Below are positions 30,283 through 40,741 of a DNA stretch of 64,000 bases, one piece after another. The stretch lies in the NCBI GenBank assembly GCA_965200245.1, contig CBDATS010000004.1, forward strand, positions 1,344,001 to 1,408,000, in the 5' to 3' direction. The notes under the pieces were generated by a model. The model made no database searches. It saw only the letters and a program-made list of their open reading frames with translations, and had not been told where the DNA came from. Position 1 is the first letter of the stretch. Each line of letters opens with the position of its first letter. The DNA is from a bacterium (lineage in GTDB: Bacteria > UBA8248). Position numbers and translations under genes: made by a program.

Positions 30283-31412
30283 AAACCCGTCTGAACCTTC
30301 TCCCAGGAATCTATTTGGGCCAACCGGTCGCAAACCGAGGGGTGCGAATGAAAGAGCACCACGACCCAGCCTGGCGGTTCGGGGTCCGCCAAGTTTTGCC
30401 TGCACAGCTTGACGAGGGCAGAAGACAGACCACCCTGTGCCTGCGCGTATTCGGTGGAATAGCGATCGCAGCGGTACTCCAGGTTACGGGAAACCGCCAG
30501 AACCAACGGAGACAGCACCACTCCCAATAGACTCCACGCAATCCACAGGACCAGGATGCAGGCAGGCTCTCCGGGCTGTACGAGAGCGGGGCCCAGCCAT
30601 ATCAGCGCATGGTGGGAGAGATATACCCCCAATACCATTATCGTGCTCTTTATCGTTATCAGGGCCGGTATGTGGCCACCCACGTGATGCGCGATTTCAT
30701 GGGCGAGGATTGCCTCGATCTCATCGGGCGCGAAATCGAGCAGCGTATCCGAGAGGACGACTCTCCGTGACGGCCCCCAGCCGACCAGGGCGGCGTTCGC
30801 CGCTTTGCTCTTGGAACTCATATCCATTTCCCACACGCCGCCGTATACTCTCGCCTTCGTTCGCTCCAGCAAGGCGAGGAGACGCTCCTTGAGTCCCTCG
30901 TTTGCCAGGGGTTTGAAGCGGAAAAATACAGGTGCGAGCAAGACGGGAGCGATAAGGGAAATAAAAACCATGAGCAAGACCGAAGCCAGCGCGGCAATCC
31001 ACCACCAGTGTACTGACCACCGAACCATGATCATCAAAAAAATTCCGCTGGCTGAGCCACCGAGAAGGAGGAGAAGAGCCAATCCCTTGCATCTGTCCCA
31101 CAGCCAGCCTGCCAGTGACTGGTTCGATAAATTTTCCCGGTGAGCGAGTACGTAGCCGCTGTAGATGTCAAGGGGTAAAGAAACCAGCGTTTTTGTGAGG
31201 GTGACAAGAGAAAAAGTGGTGAATCCTCCCCAGAAAGCACCACGCGCCGGGACCTCGGCCCCTGCGTCCAGATACCAGAACAGGAAGGCGACCAGGACGC
31301 CGAATTCCAGCAGCGAGGACACCAATCCCGTATACAGACGCCGCATTTGATATGCTCTAGCGCGCTTTATGAATTCTTCCTCGAATACGGGCAATCCATC
31401 GCTGTCCGGCAT
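30279..31412 (-). CDS. M48 (Ste24-like) zinc metallopeptidase
   Basis: ANAA, LAHEIAH, EYRCD, HSHP; TM N-terminus. Confidence 0.9.
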   Translation of the reverse strand: MPDSDGLPVFEEEFIKRARAYQMRRLYTGLVSSLLEFGVLVAFLFWYLDAGAEVPARGAFWGGFTTFSLVTLTKTLVSLPLDIYSGYVLAHRENLSNQSLAGWLWDRCKGLALLLLLGGSASGIFLMIMVRWSVHWWWIAALASVLLMVFISLIAPVLLAPVFFRFKPLANEGLKERLLALLERTKARVYGGVWEMDMSSKSKAANAALVGWGPSRRVVLSDTLLDFAPDEIEAILAHEIAHHVGGHIPALITIKSTIMVLGVYLSHHALIWLGPALVQPGEPACILVLWIAWSLLGVVLSPLVLAVSRNLEYRCDRYSTEYAQAQGGLSSALVKLCRQNLADPEPPGWVVVLFHSHPSVCDRLAQIDSWEKVQTGF

Positions 31413-31588
31413 GTCGTTTTGAGCCCTGGGCGCATATACAGGGAATCGGAAGACGAAAATCTCAGGGCGTTAATCTGGCAAATCACATTTGATTATGCAA
31501 ATATATTCTCCACCAGATGGATCATAACAAATCGAGTACCTGAAACCCGACTCCCGGAAACGGGGGCGGTAGCCGGGGAGCCAGTCCT

Positions 31589-32623
31589 TTGTCCCGTCAT
31601 TTCATCGATATGAGAAGCGACACCGCAACGCGCCCCACGCAGGCAATGCGAGAGGCCATCACCGCCGCTCCGGTGGGAGATGATACGCTCAGGGAGGATC
31701 CGAGCGTCAACAGACTCATCGAAAAGGCTGCCGCCTTGTTCGGGAAAGAGGACGGCCTTTTCGTCTCGTCAGGCACGCTGGCCAATCAGTTGGCCATCAA
31801 GGTGCACACGAACCCGGGCGATGAGATCATCGCCGATTCGCATTGCCATCCCTTTCGAAGCGAACTGGGAGCAGGCCCTTTTCTGTCAGGGGTTCAATTC
31901 GCATTGATCTCGGCGAAACGCGGAGTTTACGCCCGCGAAGACGCCGAAAAATGGCTTCGCCCCAGGGGGGGATACCCAAAGAGCGCCATGCTTTGGGTGG
32001 AGAACACGCACAACCAGGGCGGGGGCCATGTGTTCCCCCTCGAACAACTTGATGAGTTGCGCACCTTCTCAAGTGAGCAAAAAATCCCACTTCACATGGA
32101 TGGTGCCCGCATATTCAATGCCATCGTCGCCTCCGGCGTTCCCCCGAAGGAATGGGCGAGGCGCTGCGATTCGATGTGCTTTTGTTTCTCCAAGGGATTG
32201 GGCTGTCCGGTGGGTTCGATTCTGCTCGGAGAGAAAGTGTTCATCCGGGAGGCACGCCGTTACTGGAAAATGTGGGGAGGCGGCTGGCGTCAGGCGGGGA
32301 TGCTTGCCGCCGCAGGTCTCCATGCGCTGGAACATCATGTGGATCGCCTGGCGGAAGATCACGCAAATGCCCAGCTTTTCTCCGAACTCACCGCTGGAAT
32401 TCCGGGCATTCGACCTGTCCATGACACCACGCCCACCAACCTTGTGTTTCTCGACGTATCGGCGACCGGCAGGACGGCGTATCAGATCAACGAGGCGATG
32501 ATGGAAAAAGGCGTCGCCTTCTCCGTTCCGAACATGAAGGTTCTTCGCGCCGTCACCCACCTGGATGTATCGAGAGAAGACGTGCAGTCCGCCGCTCGGA
32601 TTCTGGCGGATTCGGTGAAATGA
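31589..32623 (+). CDS. ltaE: Low-specificity L-threonine aldolase (PLP-dependent)
   Basis: DMRSDT, VGDD, SGTLAN, ENTHN, HMDGARIFNA, CFSKGLGCP. Confidence 0.88.
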   Translation: MSRHFIDMRSDTATRPTQAMREAITAAPVGDDTLREDPSVNRLIEKAAALFGKEDGLFVSSGTLANQLAIKVHTNPGDEIIADSHCHPFRSELGAGPFLSGVQFALISAKRGVYAREDAEKWLRPRGGYPKSAMLWVENTHNQGGGHVFPLEQLDELRTFSSEQKIPLHMDGARIFNAIVASGVPPKEWARRCDSMCFCFSKGLGCPVGSILLGEKVFIREARRYWKMWGGGWRQAGMLAAAGLHALEHHVDRLAEDHANAQLFSELTAGIPGIRPVHDTTPTNLVFLDVSATGRTAYQINEAMMEKGVAFSVPNMKVLRAVTHLDVSREDVQSAARILADSVK

Positions 32624-33402
32624 ACTCAAGGGCTCGGGTCACCGTTCTGGGCTGTGGCACTTCCACTGGCGTTCCTTCCATCGGGTGCACGACAGCTGCA
32701 TGTCTTTCGGATGATCCCAGGAACAAGCGGCTGCGACCGAGCATCATCATCGAGCACAACGGGCGAAACCTGCTCGTCGATACGGGTCCCGACTTGCGCG
32801 AGCAGGCACTCAGACACGAGATAACCCGGGTGGATGCCGTGGTCTATACCCACTATCACGCCGACCACACCCATGGCATCGACGATTTGCGCGCCTTCAA
32901 CTTCCTGGTGAGAAAACCGATTCCCTGCTATGCCTTTCCCAATACAGTGAGGATTCTGCGCCAGAATTTTAGCTACATATTCAATGATGCGAGGGACTAC
33001 AGTGGTTTCAAGCCGCAACTCATGCTGACGGAGGTCGGGGAGTCCAGCTTCGGGGCGGCCGGCATCGACGTCATACCATTCGAACTCGAACACGCCGGAA
33101 TGAAAGTGATGGGCCTGCGGGTGGGAGATTTCGCCTATGCGACGGATTGCAACGCGATTCCGGAAAAATCCATGGAAATCCTGAAGGGAGTACGTATCCT
33201 CATCCTGGACGCCCTGCGCCACAGGGAGCATCCCTCTCACTTCACGGTTGCCGAGGCGCTGGAAATCGTCGAGTCGCTCAAGCCCGAGCAGACGTATTTC
33301 ACCCACACCAATTTCGAGCTGGAATACTACGAAACGAATCGGAAACTGCCCGGCGGCGTGGAACTCGCCTATGACGGACTGAGTTTCGGCATCTTCCTGT
33401 AA
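32620..33402 (+). CDS. MBL-fold metallohydrolase (PhnP-like)
   Basis: LGCGTSTGVP, THYHADHTHGIDDLR, HPSHF, AYDG. Confidence 0.9.
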   Translation: MNSRARVTVLGCGTSTGVPSIGCTTAACLSDDPRNKRLRPSIIIEHNGRNLLVDTGPDLREQALRHEITRVDAVVYTHYHADHTHGIDDLRAFNFLVRKPIPCYAFPNTVRILRQNFSYIFNDARDYSGFKPQLMLTEVGESSFGAAGIDVIPFELEHAGMKVMGLRVGDFAYATDCNAIPEKSMEILKGVRILILDALRHREHPSHFTVAEALEIVESLKPEQTYFTHTNFELEYYETNRKLPGGVELAYDGLSFGIFL

Positions 33403-33410
33403 TAGTTGCG

Positions 33411-34238
33411 CTATACGTCGCTGGAGTCTTCCGGAATTTCTCCTGTCTCGTCATCCATGCGGCTTGCACTCGCCGTCTGGCTCAGGTCCGAAAACAGGAG
33501 ATATCCAGCCAGATAGTAGGAGATTGAGGTCACCATCACGCCCGTCTGCAGAAGGACCTGGCCCAGAAGGCCTCCTCCGAAAATTCCCTGTATCACCTGC
33601 CAGAGTATGAACCAGACCAGCAGGTAGGTCATCACCAGTACAACGATGGTTCTCTCCCCTCCACTCGATACCACGCCCGCACGGCGAAAGGCCTGGGCGA
33701 AGTCGTCACCATAGAGCAACGCGGTCAAGGTGCAGAAATAATACCGAACCGCCGGCGTGAGAACGAGAAAAACCGTGACGGCGAAGGCAAACGGAAGGCT
33801 GATGGGCGAGTCTCCGAACAGAAAACCGAAGATGAACAACGCGGTCGCAAACCCGACAACACCCAGCAACTGCAGGCCGAAGGTATATGCCAGATCCACC
33901 TTGGCGACGGACTTCAGACGGTTCATCGCCTCGGCAATGTCCCAAACGGCCCCATCGCCCACGCGCTCGGACTCCACACGCAGAATCAGGAGAATGAACA
34001 GGAACACCTGCAATACGCGCAAGAGAAGCTGGGAGGCGATCATGAGAGGAAAGAGCAGCGTGAGGTTCGCCTCGGGTTCCATCAACGATTTAATCGAGGG
34101 GTGTACCGAGAGCGCAATCATGGAAACGGGCACGTAAATCGCGACGAAAAGGCGGGTTATTTGCGCAAAATCCTTCGCATGGTTGCGAACGCCGTACTCG
34201 ATATATCTGGACAACGGGCCCACGGCTGTATTTTTCAT
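33411..34238 (-). CDS. Hypothetical multi-pass membrane protein
   Basis: 275 aa with about 6 hydrophobic helices. Confidence 0.7.
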   Translation of the reverse strand: MKNTAVGPLSRYIEYGVRNHAKDFAQITRLFVAIYVPVSMIALSVHPSIKSLMEPEANLTLLFPLMIASQLLLRVLQVFLFILLILRVESERVGDGAVWDIAEAMNRLKSVAKVDLAYTFGLQLLGVVGFATALFIFGFLFGDSPISLPFAFAVTVFLVLTPAVRYYFCTLTALLYGDDFAQAFRRAGVVSSGGERTIVVLVMTYLLVWFILWQVIQGIFGGGLLGQVLLQTGVMVTSISYYLAGYLLFSDLSQTASASRMDDETGEIPEDSSDV

Positions 34239-34422
34239 TTCAAAAACAAACCCTTAGAAGAATATGGCCGTTCGTGCCGGCATTGATCTCCATCCTCTAG
34301 GAGCGATACACTAAGAGTAGAGTTCCACCGCGCCTCGAATCGCGAGACCGCCCGGGATAGCCGCCCCCCAATCGACAGAGTTCACTATACTCGCTCATGA
34401 TGAGGAATAGAAGGCAAGCCCC

Positions 34423-35211
34423 ATGAGTTTGGAGACAATGGTGACGAAAGGCATTTGCATTCTCGGCCGGCGCGCGATAGGAACCGTCGCCGGGATGGGA
34501 AGCGCCGCGGTCTTTTTGCTCGAGTCCCTCCGGTGGATGTTTGCGCCTCCCTGGCGATTTTCGCTCCTTACCCGCCAGATATACATCATCGGCACGGGTT
34601 CGCTCTCTATCGTTTTGCTGAGTGGTCTGTTCACCGGAATGGTACTGGCCCTCCAGGGAATCTACGCATTCAGAAAATTCGGTTCTGAAGCCTTCCTTGG
34701 CCCGGCGGTCGCCTTCAGCCTCATCCGTGAACTCGGACCCGTACTCACTGCCCTGGTTGTCACCGGAAGGGCAGGATCCGCCATGACGGCCGAGATCGGC
34801 ATCATGCAAATCACCGAACAGGTGGATGCCCTCAAGAGCATGGCGGTAAACCCCCTGCAGCGCCTCGTCTCTCCCCGACTGCTGGCGGGCGTCATAGTAT
34901 TTCCCCTGCTGACGGTGCTTTGCGACCTCATTGGCATATTCGGGGCCTATCTCGTGGGCGTGGAACTGATGGGACTGAGTTCCGGCACTTTTTTCGGGGA
35001 GATGCAGGACAAGATCGAGATGGCCGACATCGAAGTAGGCTTGTGGAAATCGATTGTCTTCGGCCTGATCGTCACATGGGTTTGCTGCTATAAAGGGTAT
35101 CATTGCGGCCACGGGGCCGAGGGGGTGGGCAAGGCGACCACCTCGGCCGTGGTGCTGTCTTCCGTCCTGATCCTGGTGGGTGATTATTTCCTCACTTCGA
35201 TTCTCATCTGA
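34423..35211 (+). CDS. mlaE: MlaE family ABC permease
   Basis: RELGPVLTALVVTGRAGSAMTAEIG, TEQVDAL, GVGKATT. Confidence 0.92.
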   Translation: MSLETMVTKGICILGRRAIGTVAGMGSAAVFLLESLRWMFAPPWRFSLLTRQIYIIGTGSLSIVLLSGLFTGMVLALQGIYAFRKFGSEAFLGPAVAFSLIRELGPVLTALVVTGRAGSAMTAEIGIMQITEQVDALKSMAVNPLQRLVSPRLLAGVIVFPLLTVLCDLIGIFGAYLVGVELMGLSSGTFFGEMQDKIEMADIEVGLWKSIVFGLIVTWVCCYKGYHCGHGAEGVGKATTSAVVLSSVLILVGDYFLTSILI

Positions 35212-35226
35212 AGAAGGAACGGAATC

Positions 35227-35676
35227 TTGTACCGTAAAAACGTGGAATTCGGTGTCGGCATATTCGTTGTGGCAGGAATTCTGGCGCTCGCCTATCTTTC
35301 GATCAATCTCGGCGGTCTGGATATCTTCGATGACGGTGCGTATGAAGTCTCAGCCAGGTTTACGACCGCGACGGGCCTGAGACGAGGCGCCTCCGTGGAA
35401 ATGGCGGGCGTGCGCGTCGGACGGGTTAGCGAAATCTCCCTCGACGGGGAAGATGCGAAAATCACGCTGCGCATTGATGAAAACCTCAAACTCTCGCGGG
35501 ACTCCATCGCCTCCATTCGTACGAAAGGGGTCTTGGGTGATAAGTACGTGAGCATCAGTCAGGGAGGATCGGAGAAAATCATCCCCCCGGGCGGGTCGAT
35601 ACGCGAGACGGAACCACCGGTTGACATCGAGAAACTCATCGGAGACTTTATTTTCGGCAATGTGAAGAAGGAATAA
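35227..35676 (+). CDS. mlaD: MlaD / MCE substrate-binding protein
   Basis: GLRRGASVEMAGVRVGRV, IRTKGVLGDKY; TTG start. Confidence 0.92.
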   Translation: MYRKNVEFGVGIFVVAGILALAYLSINLGGLDIFDDGAYEVSARFTTATGLRRGASVEMAGVRVGRVSEISLDGEDAKITLRIDENLKLSRDSIASIRTKGVLGDKYVSISQGGSEKIIPPGGSIRETEPPVDIEKLIGDFIFGNVKKE

Positions 35677-35841
35677 AGGGGCATCGACGCCGGAAAAATG
35701 TCTCGGGACATGCGTTGCGCTCTTTCGTTATGAGGCTTGGCAGGGGCTCCGGAACCGGAGGGTCACGATATATTTCGAGCTACCAGATCCTTCCTGTATT
35801 CGCCAATCCCGGACTCTGACCTCGTAGCAACAGGAGAATCC

Positions 35842-36447
35842 ATGCTTTTGGAAAAACGTTTACCACCGTTTATAGCCGCCTTCCTCGCGTTCGCTTTTCT
35901 TGCTTCACCCGTCCAGGCAGGCGAACCAACCAAGGTGGTGCGCCTGGGAATAACCGGGGTGGTGGATATTCTTCGTCAACCCGATTTGAAGGTCCCCGAG
36001 AAAAAGGTGGAGCGCAGAAACCGAATACGCAAGGTCATCCACAGGTATTTCGATTTCGAGGAAATGTCGCGGCGAAGCCTGGCGAGGGCATGGAGAAAAC
36101 GAACGGCTGAGGAGAAGGCCGAATTCATCGATCTTTTCAGCTATCTGATGGAACGCAACTACGCCAATACGCTGGAAAGCTATACGAATGAGAAGGTCGT
36201 CTACGGCAAGGAATCCATAGACGAGGAATTCGCCAGGGTTGACACCGTCATCGTTACGTCGGACAGGAAAGAGGTCGCCGTCGTCTACAGACTCCACAGG
36301 GTCAAGGGTGAATGGCGTGTCTACGACGTTCTGGTGGAGGGCGTGAGTCTCGTGAAAAACTATCGCGACCAGTTCCGTTCCATCATCCGGAGAACTTCCT
36401 ACGCCAACCTCGTGAAAATCCTCCGGGCCAAGCGAGACGAGGGCTAG
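35842..36447 (+). CDS. mlaC: MlaC/Ttg2D periplasmic lipid-binding protein
   Basis: FDFEEMSRRSL, WRVYDVLVEGVSLVKNYRDQF; AGGAG SD. Confidence 0.9.
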   Translation: MLLEKRLPPFIAAFLAFAFLASPVQAGEPTKVVRLGITGVVDILRQPDLKVPEKKVERRNRIRKVIHRYFDFEEMSRRSLARAWRKRTAEEKAEFIDLFSYLMERNYANTLESYTNEKVVYGKESIDEEFARVDTVIVTSDRKEVAVVYRLHRVKGEWRVYDVLVEGVSLVKNYRDQFRSIIRRTSYANLVKILRAKRDEG

Positions 36448-36775
36448 TGGGGTCACCCGCCGCGGGCGGTCTTCCCGGCATGCGGGGAAGCGGGTATTTG
36501 CGATTTATCTCCGCATGGTTTCGAAGCCCCATCGCCTCTCTCTGTACGATGAGAAAATATCGGTAGCGCTCTGCCTCATCCATCGCTTGATGAAGCGTGC
36601 CCTCAAGTCTTTCCCTGATTTTATCGCAGAGTTCTCCTCCCTTCTCCCACGCACGCCAGGCGGCCCACGCCCTTTGATGACGCTTGGAGAATTCGCTGCC
36701 GATGCGGCCTAGAGAGGAGGCCATTTCCTCGGCTATCTCGCGTTCCACGGCCAAGGGCCTGAATTTTCCGTTCAT
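36383..36775 (-). CDS. Small conserved hypothetical protein (DUF6665-like)
   Basis: EIAEEMASSLGRIG...YFLIVQREAMGLRNH; starts just after the MFS stop. Confidence 0.6.
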   Translation of the reverse strand: MNGKFRPLAVEREIAEEMASSLGRIGSEFSKRHQRAWAAWRAWEKGGELCDKIRERLEGTLHQAMDEAERYRYFLIVQREAMGLRNHAEINRKYPLPRMPGRPPAAGDPTSPRLAWPGGFSRGWRRKFSG

Positions 36776-36779
36776 GCCT

Positions 36780-37964
36780 TTATGCCGTCTCCCTGGGCAA
36801 TCCGAAAGAGATGAACGAACCGACGATGCCGAACGCCATGCATACCAGTGGCAGCGCCGTTTCCACGCCGATGTAATCGGCCAGACCGCCCACGGCAATC
36901 ATTCCGATGCTCGCCACGAACCAGACCACGCCCAGCATGAAACTGCTCACCAGGGCGGCGTGCTCGGGGGCGATCTCCTGGGCGTACGTCACGGAAACCC
37001 CCATCTGCGCATAAAAAGCCGCGCCCGAGAGCATGACGAAAATGGTGCGCCAGGGCTCGTCGAACAAAAAGACAAGGCCCAATGCCGGCGTGCCCATGCA
37101 AATGGCCATGATCGTCACGATCCGTCTGCCAAATATGTCGGATAGATGCCCGCCGTAGATGCCGCCCATCGCCGCCGCGACCAAAAACAGGGTGATTGCC
37201 GTACCACCCGCGGCCAGCGAACCACCCTTGGCGATAATATATATCGGCAAGAAAACCTGCACCGTCATCGTCACCGTCGTACGGCACAAGTTCACGAGCC
37301 ACAACAGAAACAGCGGCCGGAACACGAGCCTAAGCATCTGAATCGTCTGCATGAAGCTCTGTGGTTTGGAGGATTTGCCCGTGTCCTGAATGGGTGGAGA
37401 GATGAAGAACAGGGGAACTCCGATGATGATGCCGACGAGGCTCGCGTAGGGCATGGTATCTATGCCCCATTTCGTGACGATGAACGTCGCCATTCCCGAA
37501 CCCAATCCCACGCCCAGACGGCCACCGGCAATGTAGAGCGACATGCCGAACCCTTTTCTCGCGCCGGCGGACTGGCCGGCGATGACCGACGCGACGGGAT
37601 GGAAACAGGCAGAACCCGAGCCCGCGATCAGCATCAGCAGCATGAGGAGCCAGAAATTCGGCATGTAGAGCATGAACGCCAAAAGCGCACCGCCCAGCGG
37701 CCCGAGCGCCAGAAACCATCCTTTCTTGAACCTGTCGGCGAAGTAGCCAAAAACGGGCTGACCCACGGCGCCCGTGACGGAAAGCGTGGTGGCCAGAAGG
37801 CCCGCCAAGCTCAAAGGCAGGTCCAGTCGCTCGACGATGAGGGGAAGTAGCGGGGGGAGAAAGCCGAAATAGCTGTCGTTCGCCACATGGGCGACGATGA
37901 GCAGGGAGATTCTTCTTTTCTTGAGGCGCTCTGGAACCGCGCCTGCTACGGTCGTATCGCTCAA
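36780..37964 (-). CDS. MFS transporter (Fsr-like)
   Basis: HVANDSY, QPVFGYFADR, FHP, GGHLSDIFGRR. Confidence 0.88.
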   Translation of the reverse strand: MSDTTVAGAVPERLKKRRISLLIVAHVANDSYFGFLPPLLPLIVERLDLPLSLAGLLATTLSVTGAVGQPVFGYFADRFKKGWFLALGPLGGALLAFMLYMPNFWLLMLLMLIAGSGSACFHPVASVIAGQSAGARKGFGMSLYIAGGRLGVGLGSGMATFIVTKWGIDTMPYASLVGIIIGVPLFFISPPIQDTGKSSKPQSFMQTIQMLRLVFRPLFLLWLVNLCRTTVTMTVQVFLPIYIIAKGGSLAAGGTAITLFLVAAAMGGIYGGHLSDIFGRRIVTIMAICMGTPALGLVFLFDEPWRTIFVMLSGAAFYAQMGVSVTYAQEIAPEHAALVSSFMLGVVWFVASIGMIAVGGLADYIGVETALPLVCMAFGIVGSFISFGLPRETA

Positions 37965-38027
37965 AAAGTTCTCCGAAAGTAAATCTCTGGAATCAGCCCG
38001 TCTGAACAGGGCACGGATTGAAGGCGA

Positions 38028-40673
38028 TCATGTCATCTTCTGGATCAGTCCGGGAACTGCCGCGAGGGCTTCATCCACTTTTTCGACGTCCTTGCCGCCC
38101 GCCTGCGCAAAGTCCTGCCGCCCGCCGCCTCTGCCGTCGACAATAGAGGCCACCTCCTTCACCAGATTCGCGGCGTGGACGCGGGGGGCGAGGTCTTTCG
38201 TTACGCCCGCGGCGATGGTGACCTTGCCATCCGTCACGGCAGCGACCACTGCGACACCGCTTTTCAGCTTGCCCTTCGCCGCATCGACGATACCCCGCAA
38301 TTCGCCTGCCTGAAAACCATCGCGCCGCACGGCTATCAGCTTGACGCCGGAAACCTCCCGGGCTTCCGAAGCCAGATCGTCCATTTCGTCGCGCGATTGT
38401 CTCTCGCGCGATTCCCTGAGTTCACGCTCGAGTGTCTTCACGCGATCAAGCAGGCGTCTCACCCGCTCGACCTCCTCGAGCGGCGCCGCTCGTGTGAGTT
38501 CTCCGATCTCGGAAAGAACGTGTTGTTCCCTGCGGGTCTGGAGGAGTGCCCCCTCCCCCGTCAGGGCTTCGATGCGCCGCACGCCCGAGGCCACGCTGCC
38601 CTCGTGCAGGATGCGGAAAAAGCCGATGTCTCCCGAGGCGCGCGCGTGTGTGCCTCCGCAAAGCTCCATGCTGAAATCGCCCATGGAGACGACCCGCACA
38701 TCCTCGCCGTAGCGTTCACCAAAGAGTGCCGTCGCCCCTTCGGCCAGCGCGTCGTCTATCGACATGTGGCGGGTCTCCACCCCGGTGTTCTCACGAATGC
38801 GCTCGTTGACGATGTCCTCCACGCGTTCGCGCTCGCGCGTCGTCATCGCCGCGAAATGGGTGTAGTCGAACCGCAGCCTCTCGGGCGATAGGTGGGAGCC
38901 GGCTTGTTTTACGTGATCACCCAGAACCTGACGCAATGCGTATTGTAACAGGTGGGTGGCCGAGTGGTTTCGCCTCAGGAGGAGACGCCTTTCTGCGTCG
39001 ATTCGCGCGGTGATGTCTTGTCCTTTCCCGAGAGTTCCTTCCGTCACCTTCACGTGGTGGACGTACACGTCGGGAAGCGGCTTTTGCGTATCGAGTACGA
39101 CAGCAGCGCCATCGGCCCAGGAGAAACCGCCCCTGTCGCCTTCCTGCCCGCCCGCCTCGCCGTAGAAAGGTGTCTTGTCGAGCACGACGCGTACCTCTTC
39201 CCCAGGGCCAGCCTCATCACGCAGCGCGCCGTCAAGGATAATGGCACGCACGCAGGCTTCCTGCTCATCCTTTGCATAGCCTGTGAACTCCGTCGTGCCC
39301 GCCGCATCGCGCACATGATGCCAGACTGCATCGACGGCGGCTTCGCCCGACCCCTTCCAGTGGGCGCGGGCGCGCTCACGCTGCTGCTCCATCACCTCGC
39401 CGAAACTACCCTGATCTATTTCGAGACCGTGGAAAGCGGCCGTCTCCACCGCCAGATCCCACGGATAGCCGTAGGTATCGAGCAGGGTGAACACTTTCCT
39501 GCCGGGAATGACTTCGCTGCCCGATGACTTCACTTCTTCCGCGAGCGCATCCATGCGCGGCTGGCCCTGCGCCAGTGTATTGGCGAACCTCTCTTCTTCG
39601 GCCAGCGTGACGCGGGAGATGTAGCCCAGGCTCTCTCTCAGTTCGGAAAAGGCGTCTCTCATCATCTCGGCCACCACGCCGGCTGTCTGATACAGGAACG
39701 GTCCTTCGATACCCAGCATCCTGCCATGGCGCAAGGCGCGCCTCGCCACGCGCCTCAGCACGTAGCCGCGGCCCTCGTTGCTCGGCAGAACGCCGTCCGC
39801 CACTAGGAAACTGACCGCGCGAACGTGGTCCGCGATGACGCGGAACGAAACATCGCTCGGCGCATCACTGCCGGTGTACTTCTTGCCGCAACGCTCTTCG
39901 ACCGAATGAATAAGCGGCATCAAAAGATCAGTGTGGTAATTGCTGTCTTCTTTTTGCACCACCGCCGCAAGGCGTTCCAGCCCCATTCCCGTATCGACCG
40001 AGGGCTTGGGCAGTGGCTCCATCTTTCCCGAAGCCTCCCGGTTGAACTGCATGAACACGAGGTTCCAGAGTTCAAGGTAGCGGTCCCCATTCTCATCCTC
40101 TTGCCCGCTGCCCGGCGGCGCGCCGACGATGTGATCCCCCTGGTCGTAGATGAGTTCCGAACACGGGCCGCAAGGTCCGGTCTCTCCCATCGCCCAGAAA
40201 TTATCCTTCTCGTCCATGCGGACGATGCGTTCAGGCGGCACGCCCACGATGCGTTCCCAAAGCTTCGCCGCCTCGTCGTCCTCCCGGAAGACGGTGATCC
40301 ACATGCGAGACCCATCGAGACCCACGCGATTCACCAAAAACTCCCAGCCGAACTCGATCGCCTTCTCCTTGAAATACTGGCCGAACGAGAAGTTGCCCAG
40401 CATCTCGAAAAACGTGTGGTGCCGGGCCGTTCTTCCAACGTTTTCAAGGTCGTTGTGCTTGCCGCTCACCCGCAGGCATTTCTGGGAAGTCACCGCTCTT
40501 GAGTAGTCGCGTTTCTCCAGGCCCGTGAACACGTCCTTGAACTGCACCATGCCTGCATTGGTGAACAACAGGGTGGGATCGTTCATGGGCACGAGGGAGG
40601 AACTGCGGACGATCCGGTGCTCCTCGTCGGCGAAGAACTCAAGAAATTTCTGGCGGACCTCATTGCCCTTCAT
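38028..40673 (-). CDS. alaS: Alanine--tRNA ligase
   Basis: FTNAGMVQFK, HHTFFEMLGNFSFG, NHSATHLL, ELCGGTH, GGGRQDFAQAG. Confidence 0.98.
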   Translation of the reverse strand: MKGNEVRQKFLEFFADEEHRIVRSSSLVPMNDPTLLFTNAGMVQFKDVFTGLEKRDYSRAVTSQKCLRVSGKHNDLENVGRTARHHTFFEMLGNFSFGQYFKEKAIEFGWEFLVNRVGLDGSRMWITVFREDDEAAKLWERIVGVPPERIVRMDEKDNFWAMGETGPCGPCSELIYDQGDHIVGAPPGSGQEDENGDRYLELWNLVFMQFNREASGKMEPLPKPSVDTGMGLERLAAVVQKEDSNYHTDLLMPLIHSVEERCGKKYTGSDAPSDVSFRVIADHVRAVSFLVADGVLPSNEGRGYVLRRVARRALRHGRMLGIEGPFLYQTAGVVAEMMRDAFSELRESLGYISRVTLAEEERFANTLAQGQPRMDALAEEVKSSGSEVIPGRKVFTLLDTYGYPWDLAVETAAFHGLEIDQGSFGEVMEQQRERARAHWKGSGEAAVDAVWHHVRDAAGTTEFTGYAKDEQEACVRAIILDGALRDEAGPGEEVRVVLDKTPFYGEAGGQEGDRGGFSWADGAAVVLDTQKPLPDVYVHHVKVTEGTLGKGQDITARIDAERRLLLRRNHSATHLLQYALRQVLGDHVKQAGSHLSPERLRFDYTHFAAMTTRERERVEDIVNERIRENTGVETRHMSIDDALAEGATALFGERYGEDVRVVSMGDFSMELCGGTHARASGDIGFFRILHEGSVASGVRRIEALTGEGALLQTRREQHVLSEIGELTRAAPLEEVERVRRLLDRVKTLERELRESRERQSRDEMDDLASEAREVSGVKLIAVRRDGFQAGELRGIVDAAKGKLKSGVAVVAAVTDGKVTIAAGVTKDLAPRVHAANLVKEVASIVDGRGGGRQDFAQAGGKDVEKVDEALAAVPGLIQKMT

Positions 40674-40741
40674 ATGCTGATTTCTCCAAATGATGCCCTG
40701 AATCGTGAAAATCACTGCGGCGAGACGAGCGCCGCTTCGCT

